This document shows positions 30,457 to 39,316 of a stretch of DNA of 64,000 bases, piece after piece. Origin of the DNA: a candidate division WOR-3 bacterium (GTDB taxonomy: Bacteria; Hydrothermota; Hydrothermia; B15-G9); assembly GCA_015489175.1 (NCBI GenBank), contig WGAI01000072.1, positions 2,828 through 66,827 on the forward strand. The letters are read 5' to 3'. How positions within the stretch are numbered: position 1 is the first letter of the stretch; each line of letters begins with the position of its first letter. Below the pieces are notes generated by a model, which saw nothing but the letters and a program-made list of their open reading frames with translations, made no database searches and was not told where the DNA came from. The position numbers and the translations under genes were made by a program.

Positions 30457-31454
30457 TTCAGGTAATACTCAGGTTTTGGCTCTCTGTGTGTGAGTTCCCT
30501 AACAGCGTGCATTGGCGTCCATTCGCCCTTTAAGATCATTAGCACGGCGTGTGTCAGAGGCATATCGATGCCGAGCTTGACCGAGAGTTTATAGACAGCC
30601 TCAGTCGTCGGCACTCCTTCAGCAACCATGACCATCTCGGACAGGATTTCGTTCAACTTTCTGCCTTTTCCCAATTCCTCGCCGACATGCCTGTTTCTGG
30701 AATGTCTGGAGAATGAGGTCGTGATGAGGTCGCCCATGCCGGATAGTCCTGCGAATGTAACGGGCTTTGCCCCAAGATGGATACCAAGCCTCATGATTTC
30801 GGCAAGTCCTCGCGTTAGAAGTGCGCCCTTGGTGTTGGCACCAAATCCCATACCATCGGAGATGCCAGCCGCTATCGCAACGATATTTTTCAGAGCACCG
30901 CCAATCTCCACTCCGATTATGTCTTCCGATGTGTAAACACGGAACAGGGATGAGTGGAACAGCTCCTGAACCTCGCGCGCGAAATCCCCGTTTTCCGATG
31001 CTGCGACCACCGATGCGGGCAGTTTTCTGGCGACCTCGATGGCGATCGACGGCCCCGAAATCGCCGCTACCGCGACATCGCCAAGCTCATCGATTATGAC
31101 CTGACTCATCCTCAACCCGGTCTCGATCTCAATCCCTTTTGTCGCGGATATGACCTTCGTTGGGTAGCTGCCCGCTTTCCTGACGAGTTTTGCAACTGAA
31201 CGGAGAGCCTGCGATGGCACCACAATCAACAGATATTCAGCGCCTTCCATAGCTTTAAAGAGCTTATTTGTAAATGAGATCTCCCTGGGAAGTTTGATGC
31301 CGGGCAATCTCCGAGGGCACTCCCTCTCCCGTGTAAGCTTTTCAGCCTTTTCGGCCGTCCGCGTCCAGACGACGACATCGTGTCCAAGCGATACGAGATG
31401 GTTTGCGAGGGTCAGCCCCCAGCTGCCACCACCGAGCACGGAAATCTTACTCAT
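30441..31454 (-). CDS. gpsA: NAD(P)H-dependent glycerol-3-phosphate dehydrogenase
   Basis: MSKISVLGGGSWGLTLANHL Rossmann motif. Full-length 337 aa. Overlaps plsY by 8 nt, the typical plsY-gpsA operon. Confidence 0.9.
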   Translation of the reverse strand: MSKISVLGGGSWGLTLANHLVSLGHDVVVWTRTAEKAEKLTRERECPRRLPGIKLPREISFTNKLFKAMEGAEYLLIVVPSQALRSVAKLVRKAGSYPTKVISATKGIEIETGLRMSQVIIDELGDVAVAAISGPSIAIEVARKLPASVVAASENGDFAREVQELFHSSLFRVYTSEDIIGVEIGGALKNIVAIAAGISDGMGFGANTKGALLTRGLAEIMRLGIHLGAKPVTFAGLSGMGDLITTSFSRHSRNRHVGEELGKGRKLNEILSEMVMVAEGVPTTEAVYKLSVKLGIDMPLTHAVLMILKGEWTPMHAVRELTHREPKPEYYLKWTGL

Positions 31455-32046
31455 CTTCCCTGTATTTCAGCTTGAATTTCGGCTCTTTGCCCTGAATTAG
31501 CCGTTTGATGTTGGAATGGTGTCTCAGGACGACTAACAGTCCGACGATGACGGCAGCGGCGCGGAGCAGGGGAGTGGATGCGGTCAAACCGCCGTAAATT
31601 GCGAAGACTATCGCCGCGGTTATCGAGCTGAGCGACACGATTCTTGTGATTGCGAACATTATGAGCCATGCTATGAAAGCGACGCCTATGGCCGACGGCA
31701 GGAGCACAAGAAAGCTGCCGAGCGTGGTGGCAACGCCTTTCCCGCCTCTAAACGAAAGGAATGGCGTAAATGAATGGCCGACGACCGCCATGATGCCTGC
31801 AAGCACGCCCAAATCCACGCCGCCGTAACGCATTGCGATGTAAACCGGGATTGCCCCCTTCAACGCATCCAGCAGCCCGACCAGCAGCCCGATGCCTATC
31901 CCTGCCGCTCTTGCTGCATTTGTGCCGCCTACATTGCCGCTTCCAATTGTCCGTATGTCCTTGCCCGTCTTTAACTTTACCAGAATGTAGGCAAAAGGTA
32001 TCCCACCGATCAAGTAAGAACAAACTATCGTGCATACATATTTCAT
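31447..32046 (-). CDS. plsY: Glycerol-3-phosphate acyltransferase PlsY
   Basis: YLIGGIPFAYILVKL...GSGNVGGTNAARAAG, the hallmark PlsY motifs; 199 aa membrane protein. Confidence 0.9.
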   Translation of the reverse strand: MKYVCTIVCSYLIGGIPFAYILVKLKTGKDIRTIGSGNVGGTNAARAAGIGIGLLVGLLDALKGAIPVYIAMRYGGVDLGVLAGIMAVVGHSFTPFLSFRGGKGVATTLGSFLVLLPSAIGVAFIAWLIMFAITRIVSLSSITAAIVFAIYGGLTASTPLLRAAAVIVGLLVVLRHHSNIKRLIQGKEPKFKLKYREDE

Positions 32047-32083
32047 TGCGTAACCTCCGTTTAATTCCCTGTTCTACAAAGTC

Positions 32084-33886
32084 TTACATAATCAGCTTCA
32101 GGCTCAGATTTATGCTCCTCGCATTGATCGGATATCCCCCTTTGAAGTCCATAGGGGCGTTGAATGGGTTTCTGATCTCGGTCTCAACCGAAAGCCTGCG
32201 GGTTAACCTGTAACCTATCTGGAAAGATGCCCATGTCGATGATGGAATTTCGTAGCGCCGCATCGTCAGGAAGTCGATGACGGAATGTTTTGCCACCCAT
32301 TCCGCCCTGAGCGCTCCGTATAGGCCCTTGAAATCGTCGATACTCGCAGTTGCCGACAGTTTGTTGGCGACAAACGGGAGCCTCACGCCGTTTTTGTCTC
32401 GCGCATCGATCAAACTGCCTCCTATCCCGATGGTTAACGGGCCGGGCGAATAATTCAGATAGAGGTCAACGCCTTTGAAACTGCCCTCTCCAGCATTCTG
32501 AGCTCGATACAGAACGGTTGAGTCCGGCATCGTGTCCGGAGCGTAAACGATTAGCTGATACATGTGACGGTAGTAAACTGATGTCGTTGCCTTGAACCTG
32601 CTGCCTCTGATGTCAAATCCCAGCTCGATTTCGTCCCCTTCTTCAGGCTTTAGCTCTTGATTTGAGAGGTAGAGGTCGTAGAAATTTGGCAGATGCCATA
32701 CATGTGAGAACGCCATGCGTATTGAGTATATCTTTGGTATGTCGTAACTTACCGATGCGAACGGCAAAATCTTGTGGAATTTTCTATCCCTATCTTGGGG
32801 AAAGTCGAATGAGATGACGATTGGAGCTCCGATTGAGACCGCAGCTTTCTTGCCGATGGGCAGCGTCAGGCCGTTGTCTATTTCGGCCTTTATACGAGCT
32901 GTCGGCTCCAGGAGATAACTCGGCTCGAACACGCGCAACTTTATTTCGCCACGTGTGTATGATGCCGTTGCCATGAGATGGGCTAATTTGTATCTGAACT
33001 CGCGCGTCCGCAAGCTCAGCGCTGTTGATGCCCAAGTCATAGAATAGCCCCATTGCATCTCGTTCGTGGAGAAATCGAGGCGTTTGGTGTAGATGTTGAT
33101 CTGAGCCACATCGGGAATTTTCATGCTGTATGTCAGTAGGTTGTCCCACTGTTCCCGTCCTCTCGCGAAAAAATTGGATGCCGGATTTTCATACAGCAGG
33201 TCGCGATAAGCTCTTATCCCCATTAGGGTGTGTTGTATTCCGCCGAGTTTGAACTTCAGATAGCCAGAGTGATGGTGATAAGCGGCTCCATAGGTGATCG
33301 TGTCGTTGTTCGGCGTGAACCCGATCGTGGTCGGCACCACGGAGTTCTCAGACCAGAATGCGTGTGCAATGGATTTCCCTGAGCCCGCATATCCCAGTTC
33401 GAAAACGGGTTTGCCTGTGAGCCCGCTTTTCGATGGCAGGAATGTGAGGCCTGCGACAACGCGGACACCTTTCTCGTTAATTCCCAATGGATTCAGCTCC
33501 AGCGTGCCCCAGAAGCTCTTTCGCGCTGTCAGGTCTATCGTGGCGTCGTGGATGAAAAACGATGGGATCAGCCACAGGTCAAACGATGGATCGACGGGAT
33601 TGTTGAGTTCCACGCCGTCGAACATCACCCTGGTGCCGCCTGCGGCACCGCCACGAATTTGCAGGGTGTTTAAAAGGTGCTCTGCCCCGCTGTTTATGAC
33701 CTGAATGCCGGGGATGGCCGCCCCGCGCAACGCAGATGAGATTGACGATGGAGAGACCATGAATGTGCTCGAATCCACCTTGATGCGGGTTACGCCCACC
33801 GATTCGGGCGTTGTCCATACATTTAGCGGCTCAAGCCATATCGCCGGCTGATTGATTGTAAGCATCGCCAGAATTGCCAGTTTCAT
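32084..33886 (-). CDS. TonB-dependent receptor-like outer-membrane protein (short, about 600 aa)
   Basis: AAGGAGGG SD before ATG 33886; the ORF-track GTG start at 33910 lies upstream of the RBS. Signal peptide MKLAILAMLT. Plug-like LRGAAIPGIQV...LQIRGGAAGGTRVMFDGV. Beta-barrel ending ...LSLKLIM. Confidence 0.6.
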   Translation of the reverse strand: MKLAILAMLTINQPAIWLEPLNVWTTPESVGVTRIKVDSSTFMVSPSSISSALRGAAIPGIQVINSGAEHLLNTLQIRGGAAGGTRVMFDGVELNNPVDPSFDLWLIPSFFIHDATIDLTARKSFWGTLELNPLGINEKGVRVVAGLTFLPSKSGLTGKPVFELGYAGSGKSIAHAFWSENSVVPTTIGFTPNNDTITYGAAYHHHSGYLKFKLGGIQHTLMGIRAYRDLLYENPASNFFARGREQWDNLLTYSMKIPDVAQINIYTKRLDFSTNEMQWGYSMTWASTALSLRTREFRYKLAHLMATASYTRGEIKLRVFEPSYLLEPTARIKAEIDNGLTLPIGKKAAVSIGAPIVISFDFPQDRDRKFHKILPFASVSYDIPKIYSIRMAFSHVWHLPNFYDLYLSNQELKPEEGDEIELGFDIRGSRFKATTSVYYRHMYQLIVYAPDTMPDSTVLYRAQNAGEGSFKGVDLYLNYSPGPLTIGIGGSLIDARDKNGVRLPFVANKLSATASIDDFKGLYGALRAEWVAKHSVIDFLTMRRYEIPSSTWASFQIGYRLTRRLSVETEIRNPFNAPMDFKGGYPINARSINLSLKLIM

Positions 33887-33902
33887 CGTTTCGCCCTCCT
33901 TT

Positions 33903-34976
33903 TCAATCACATTCGCAGGTTATTCCAAGCTCCTCCCCGATGGATTTCAGCATATCCGAAGTCTTTGAATCAAGTTCGATGCCTTCTCTCAGGCTTCGCT
34001 CCATGGCCTCAAATTCCTTTTCGCCGTGGATGTAGATGCGATTTTTGCCGTGAGCTCTGGGCGAATTTTTGACTGTTTCAATGAGTTCGTCCATGTTTTT
34101 CAGAAATTGTTCTCGTGGCAGAAACAGCTCCGGGTCAATGGCTGCAAAGAAGTGCCCGATGCCGCTGCCCCTGCCCGATGGGTAGCTTTTCGCCGAGATG
34201 CTTGCTCCTGAGAGCGTAGCAGATAGGATTTCGACGATCATTGCGAGGCCATAGCCTTTGTGGCCGCCTGTCAGCTCGTCCCCGCCGCCGAGCGGCAGGA
34301 GGCCGCCGTAAGCCCGCTTTTTGAAATTTTCGAGGATATGCGACGGTTCAGTGCAAGGGTTTCCATCCTCATCCGCCGCCCATTGCGGAGGTATCGGCTT
34401 ATCCTTTCGAGCATAGACCTCAAGTTTGCCCCGTGTTACAACGCTTGTTGCCATATCGAGCACGAAAGGACGGCCTGTCCCTGTCGGAACCGCCAGAGCT
34501 ATCGGGTTGGTTCCGAGCACGGCTTTCCGCCCAAATGTCGGCAGCACAAGCGGGTAGGTGTTGGTTGTTGCGAACCCGATGAGCCCGTGTTCCAGTGCCA
34601 TCATGGCGTAGTAGCCCGCAATGCCGAAGTGGTTGGAATTGAAAACGGTCACCATGCCGATGCCGTTCGCTTTTGCCTTCTCGATAGCCAGTTTCATGGC
34701 CTTGAACGAGACGGGCTGACCGAGCCCATCTCGCCCGTCAATTCTGGCTGAGACAGTGGTCTCATGCACAATGCGCGGTTTGCTGTCAGGCACCATGACG
34801 CCATTGCGGATGCCGTCGATGTAGCGTTTGAGCCGTGCCACTCCATGTGACGGGATGCCGCGCGCGTCAGCCGCCACAAGCACATCGGCGATGATCTCCG
34901 CCTCGCTTTCGGGCACACCTATCCGCTCAAATACTGAGCTGACGAACTCCGTGAGGCTCTGAACGCTGCAGCGCAT
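33903..34976 (-). CDS. Ldh_2 family (malate/L-lactate/sulfolactate dehydrogenase type 2) oxidoreductase
   Basis: ARGIPSHGVARL...NGIGMVTVFNSNHFGIAGYY...HKGYGLAM blocks are characteristic of the Ldh_2 family; 357 aa. Confidence 0.75.
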   Translation of the reverse strand: MRCSVQSLTEFVSSVFERIGVPESEAEIIADVLVAADARGIPSHGVARLKRYIDGIRNGVMVPDSKPRIVHETTVSARIDGRDGLGQPVSFKAMKLAIEKAKANGIGMVTVFNSNHFGIAGYYAMMALEHGLIGFATTNTYPLVLPTFGRKAVLGTNPIALAVPTGTGRPFVLDMATSVVTRGKLEVYARKDKPIPPQWAADEDGNPCTEPSHILENFKKRAYGGLLPLGGGDELTGGHKGYGLAMIVEILSATLSGASISAKSYPSGRGSGIGHFFAAIDPELFLPREQFLKNMDELIETVKNSPRAHGKNRIYIHGEKEFEAMERSLREGIELDSKTSDMLKSIGEELGITCECD

Positions 34977-34982
34977 AGCGGC

Positions 34983-35945
34983 TTACTGACCCTCTAACAG
35001 CCCCTTGAGATCCATGATTGTCGCCTGATCGGACACGATGACCTTAACCTTGTCAGTCAGCTTGTCAACATACAGGTATTTGATATACAGCGGGTTGCGT
35101 TTGAGCTCCTGAGACACAATCTGGATGGCTTTGGCCTTACCTTCCGCTTCTATCGCCTTTCTCTGCGCCTCAAGCTGCTCTTTTTCAAGGACATACTTCA
35201 TGCGCTCCGCTTCCTGCTGGGCGATCTGTTTCTCCTCTATGGCCTTTGCGAAGTCCTTGGTGAAGTGCACATCGCGCAGCACAATCTCCTCAATCGTGAA
35301 GCCGTCAGGCTCAAGCAACTGCTTGACGCGTTTAAAAATTTCCTGCTGGATCTCCTTGCGCTTCGACGAATACACATCCATGATCGGGTATTCGGAGATC
35401 ACCAGTCGGACGATGCCCCTTATGGCCGGCCTGATAACCTTCTCGTCGTAGTCAGGGCCGATCTTCCTGTGAACCCTTATCAGGCTGTCCGGGTTAATCC
35501 GATACCAGCATGTCAGATCAATACCGACCTGAAGTCCCTCTTTCGTAGGCGACCACAGACTGTCGTCGATGTTGGCCTTCTTGCCCTCGCCCTTCCTCGC
35601 CGTCATCGTGTATTCCTGACGCCTCAGGTCGTAGATGTATGTCTGATAAATGATCGGGGGAACGAGTGTTATCCCTTCTTTGGCTGTCGAAAACTTCTTG
35701 GTTATGATGTTGAACTTGACCATGCCGTGTCCGACAGGCACGACCCTGATGCTGACGGCGATAAATGCCGCAATTATGAGCACCACAGCGATGATGATGC
35801 CTGTCTTCGATGACATCTTCTGCCCCAACCGCACCCTCTTGCCATCTTCGATTACAACGACCTTCTTGTTGCCATGTGGAAAGAAGATCGCCACAAAAAT
35901 GATCAATATGATTACAAACAAAATGAGACCAATCATGAGAATCAC
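34983..35945 (-). CDS. SPFH/band-7 (prohibitin/HflC-like) membrane protein
   Basis: N-terminal TM MILMIGLILFVIILIIFVAIFF. Band-7 core and a C-terminal coiled-coil (QQEAERMKYVLEKEQLEAQRKAIEAEGKAKAI). Confidence 0.7.
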   Translation of the reverse strand: MILMIGLILFVIILIIFVAIFFPHGNKKVVVIEDGKRVRLGQKMSSKTGIIIAVVLIIAAFIAVSIRVVPVGHGMVKFNIITKKFSTAKEGITLVPPIIYQTYIYDLRRQEYTMTARKGEGKKANIDDSLWSPTKEGLQVGIDLTCWYRINPDSLIRVHRKIGPDYDEKVIRPAIRGIVRLVISEYPIMDVYSSKRKEIQQEIFKRVKQLLEPDGFTIEEIVLRDVHFTKDFAKAIEEKQIAQQEAERMKYVLEKEQLEAQRKAIEAEGKAKAIQIVSQELKRNPLYIKYLYVDKLTDKVKVIVSDQATIMDLKGLLEGQ

Positions 35946-36087
35946 CTCCAGAGTTATGGCTCAATGATAATCTTAAAATCTCTACATTTCACTTCGGCGA
36001 TGTGAAAGTTTAAGCCATCTAAGCCTTTCAGCCAAAATTCGTAGTTTTCTGTGGCGAGGACAGGGCTATTTCGTTAAAATACGGCCT

Positions 36088-38184
36088 ATGCCGAAGATTG
36101 GGCTTGAGACTGATATCCAGTATGTCAAGGGAGTGGGGCCGAAACGAGCTCGCCAGCTTGCAAGGCTTGGAGTTAAGACAGTTTACGACCTGCTTTACCT
36201 TCCGCCAAGGAAATACCTCGATAGGCGGGATGTTACCCCTATCAGGAACCTCAGGCACGGCCATGAAGCGGTCGTCATGGGCGAGGTGTTGACCAAAGGG
36301 ATTGACAGGTCGAGGCGAGGTGACAAGTGGTTTAAGGTGGTCATAGGCGATGGGACGGGCTGGCTTGAACTTGTCTGGAAGACCACGAACGAGGGATTTT
36401 TGAGCGGTCTTGATAAGGTTTTTCGCAAAGGTGACCGTGTTATCGTCAGTGGCAAAGTGATCATCGTCCGGGGCGGCATAAAACAGATATGGTTTCCGGA
36501 GTATGAGATGGTGGACGACATCTCTCAGAGCAACATCGCCGGCCGAATAATACCTGTTTACCCCGCCACCGAAGGGCTGAAACCCCGTTACATACGCAAA
36601 CTTGTCAGGTATGTGCTTACGGAGCTTGAGGGACGCATACCTGAAACGATACCGGGTTACATCCGCAAGAAGCGCGGCCTGTATTCGCGTGAGGTCGCCA
36701 TTCGCAGGCTCCATTTCCCGAACGACATGGATGAGGCCAGAAAAGCACATCTAACACTCGCTTATGAGGAGCTGCTTTACTTTTTCATAGTGGTGCTCGG
36801 CCGAAGGATGCGCACAATGGGCAAGGGCGTTCCTATCGTGCTTAACGGGAAACTAACCGAGAAGTTCATCGAGGAGTTGCCTTTCGAGTTCACCGATGCC
36901 CAGCAGCGCGTCATCTCCGAAATCGAGGATGACATGGCGCGATCGGTGCCGATGCACAGGCTTTTGCAGGGGGATGTCGGGTCGGGCAAGACCGTTGTGG
37001 CGCTGTATGCGATGCTGATGGCCGCTGAAAACGGGTTTCAGGCTGCGTTGATGGCGCCAACGGAGATACTCGCAGAACAGCATTTCATCGTTATCGGCGA
37101 TTTCCTGAAGAACCTGCCGATTAGGATGCGACTCCTGACCGGTCACATGAGGAAAAAGGAGCGTGAAGCCGCACTCTACGAGATTTCAAACGGCGAAGCG
37201 GACATCGTTGTCGGCACACACGCCATCATTCAGGAGGATGTCAGATTTCACAAGCTGGCTTTTGCAGTTGTCGATGAGCAGCACAAGTTCGGCGTGGTGC
37301 AGCGCGCAAAACTGCTCGAAAAGGGGATAGATGGCACTGTGCCCCATTTCCTCGTTATGACCGCAACGCCGATTCCGAGGACGCTTGCCATGACGATTTA
37401 CGGCGATTTGGATGTCTCCGTGCTCGATGAGAAGCCGCCGGGCAGGGGTAAGATCGTCACAAAACACCGCACGGAGGAGAAGCGTGCCGACATCTACCGC
37501 TGGCTGTTCGAGCGCGTTCAGGACGGCGATCAGGCGTATGTCGTAGCCCCATTGATAGAAAAATCGGAGAAGCTGGAGGTCAGGGCAGTTGAGGAGCTGT
37601 TCGAGGAGCTGAAATCGATGGCCCCTGAGGGCGTCAAAATCGGGCTGATACACGGGCGGATGAAAAAAGATGAGCGCCAGTTCGTCATGCAGGCCTTCAG
37701 GGACGGCCAGTTCCACATCCTTGTGGCCACGACGGTCATCGAAGTCGGAATTGATGTGAAAAACGCCACCATCATGGTCATCGAGCATGCCGAGAGGTTT
37801 GGCCTCGCACAGCTGCACCAGCTCAGAGGCAGAATTGGCAGAGGCGAAAAGACATCCTATTGCATAGTCGTTACACCTAAAAACATAAGTGAGGACGCCC
37901 GAAAGAGGATTCGTGCATTTGTCAGCACGACAGATGGCTTCAAACTCGCAGAATACGATCTCCAGATCAGGGGACCGGGCGAGCTCTATGGAACAAGACA
38001 GCACGGGATACCTGATTTCAGAATCGTTGACCTCGTGAAGGATCAGTTCGTGATGTCAATTGCCAGGCAGGATGCGCGCGACATCCTCAGGGTTGACCCT
38101 CGCCTCCAGAAACCGCAACATCAAATCATCAGGAAGCATTTCAGGATTTTAAAAGAAAAGGAGGTGTCTTATGTCGTGGCGTAA
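36088..38184 (+). CDS. recG: ATP-dependent DNA helicase RecG
   Basis: Wedge domain N-terminus (VKGVGPKRARQLARLG). Helicase motifs GDVGSGKTVVA, DEQHKFGV, TATPIPRTL and HQLRGRIGRG; 698 aa. Confidence 0.9.
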   Translation: MPKIGLETDIQYVKGVGPKRARQLARLGVKTVYDLLYLPPRKYLDRRDVTPIRNLRHGHEAVVMGEVLTKGIDRSRRGDKWFKVVIGDGTGWLELVWKTTNEGFLSGLDKVFRKGDRVIVSGKVIIVRGGIKQIWFPEYEMVDDISQSNIAGRIIPVYPATEGLKPRYIRKLVRYVLTELEGRIPETIPGYIRKKRGLYSREVAIRRLHFPNDMDEARKAHLTLAYEELLYFFIVVLGRRMRTMGKGVPIVLNGKLTEKFIEELPFEFTDAQQRVISEIEDDMARSVPMHRLLQGDVGSGKTVVALYAMLMAAENGFQAALMAPTEILAEQHFIVIGDFLKNLPIRMRLLTGHMRKKEREAALYEISNGEADIVVGTHAIIQEDVRFHKLAFAVVDEQHKFGVVQRAKLLEKGIDGTVPHFLVMTATPIPRTLAMTIYGDLDVSVLDEKPPGRGKIVTKHRTEEKRADIYRWLFERVQDGDQAYVVAPLIEKSEKLEVRAVEELFEELKSMAPEGVKIGLIHGRMKKDERQFVMQAFRDGQFHILVATTVIEVGIDVKNATIMVIEHAERFGLAQLHQLRGRIGRGEKTSYCIVVTPKNISEDARKRIRAFVSTTDGFKLAEYDLQIRGPGELYGTRQHGIPDFRIVDLVKDQFVMSIARQDARDILRVDPRLQKPQHQIIRKHFRILKEKEVSYVVA

Positions 38185-39181
38185 TGCGTGGAAGATGATG
38201 CTAATTTCCATGGTCGGATTTTTGCTTGTGACAGGATGCAAGCGCGGGAAAACGCCCAATAGCGGGGTCGAATTTGAGCGGTATGGCATGGGCAAAGTGC
38301 GGGATGTGGTGATTGTATCCGACAGCACTGCACGCGATATCGCCGAGTATCTGGCCTCGTTCCTCTCTATCGACACATTTTACACACCACACCCTGAACC
38401 GCTTTTCTTCGTTCATGTTGTTGATATCTCCGCATATCAGGATTCGCTAAGAGGGTTTCGGAACAGCATCGTGCTTGCGACGGACGGCTCGGCCTCACTC
38501 GCCCTTGTTCGAGAGGCGTTTGGCGGCTCGGTTAAATACGGCATCCACTCGCGCAAAGAGGCGCTCACTGAAGGCGGCTACATGGTCGGAATTTACGAGC
38601 CTGATCTGGCCGTTCTGAAGAAGGTCATCGACGATTCCGCCTTTGCCGTAAGGGATAACCTGCTCGCACGGATTTACGACCAATATCGCCACATGGAATA
38701 TTTTGCAGGCGTCAGAAAGGACATACCAAAAGAGCTTGCGAAAAAATACGGTTTCACGCTCGAACTGCCCAACGGATACGCTTACGCGATCCAGGACACC
38801 GACTTTGTGTGCCTCGCCAAGCACTATCCAGACAGGTTTATGTTTTTCTACATGTCCGATCACAAGAGGTCGCTTGACCCCGATTCCCTTATGGCGCTCA
38901 GGGATTCGTTGACCAAAAAGTATTACGATGGCGATTACATCCTGAGAAACTTGTGCGTGGTTGAAGCGGATACCTTCCTCGGGCACAACGCCGTCCGTGT
39001 CACAGGCCCGTGGCAAAACGGTAAGACGGTGATGGGTGGCCCGTTCCGCTTCTACGCCTTCAACGCAAACAACAGGTTCTACATGGTCGATGCGGCCGTC
39101 TATGCGCCGGATAAGCTTTACAAGCTTGGCTACATCATGCGCATGGAGACGGTCGTAAGGACGATGAGGTTCACAAAATAG
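38171..39181 (+). CDS. Hypothetical lipoprotein
   Basis: AAGGAGGTG SD. Lipobox LLVTGC. 336 aa with no confident family; overlaps the recG 3' end by 14 nt. Confidence 0.5.
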   Translation: MSWRNAWKMMLISMVGFLLVTGCKRGKTPNSGVEFERYGMGKVRDVVIVSDSTARDIAEYLASFLSIDTFYTPHPEPLFFVHVVDISAYQDSLRGFRNSIVLATDGSASLALVREAFGGSVKYGIHSRKEALTEGGYMVGIYEPDLAVLKKVIDDSAFAVRDNLLARIYDQYRHMEYFAGVRKDIPKELAKKYGFTLELPNGYAYAIQDTDFVCLAKHYPDRFMFFYMSDHKRSLDPDSLMALRDSLTKKYYDGDYILRNLCVVEADTFLGHNAVRVTGPWQNGKTVMGGPFRFYAFNANNRFYMVDAAVYAPDKLYKLGYIMRMETVVRTMRFTK

Positions 39182-39316
39182 CGGCCATTCCACGAGGTCA
39201 AAATTCTGTTCGTTTCTTGCTGGTGGGGGCGCAAGTCCCTCAATGTGTGTTATATGTCCATGTTGATAACATTTCAGGCCTGATGGTAAAATTTGCGCGT
39301 TCAAAGGGGGGTGATC

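Noticed and set aside
33887-33910. GTG-initiated 8-codon extension of the short TBDR gene
   Set aside because: AAGGAGGG lies inside it. The ATG at 33886 follows at proper spacing and begins a signal peptide.
36028-38004. 240-aa and 272-aa minus-strand ORFs
   Set aside because: Both are antisense to recG, whose helicase motifs are clear.
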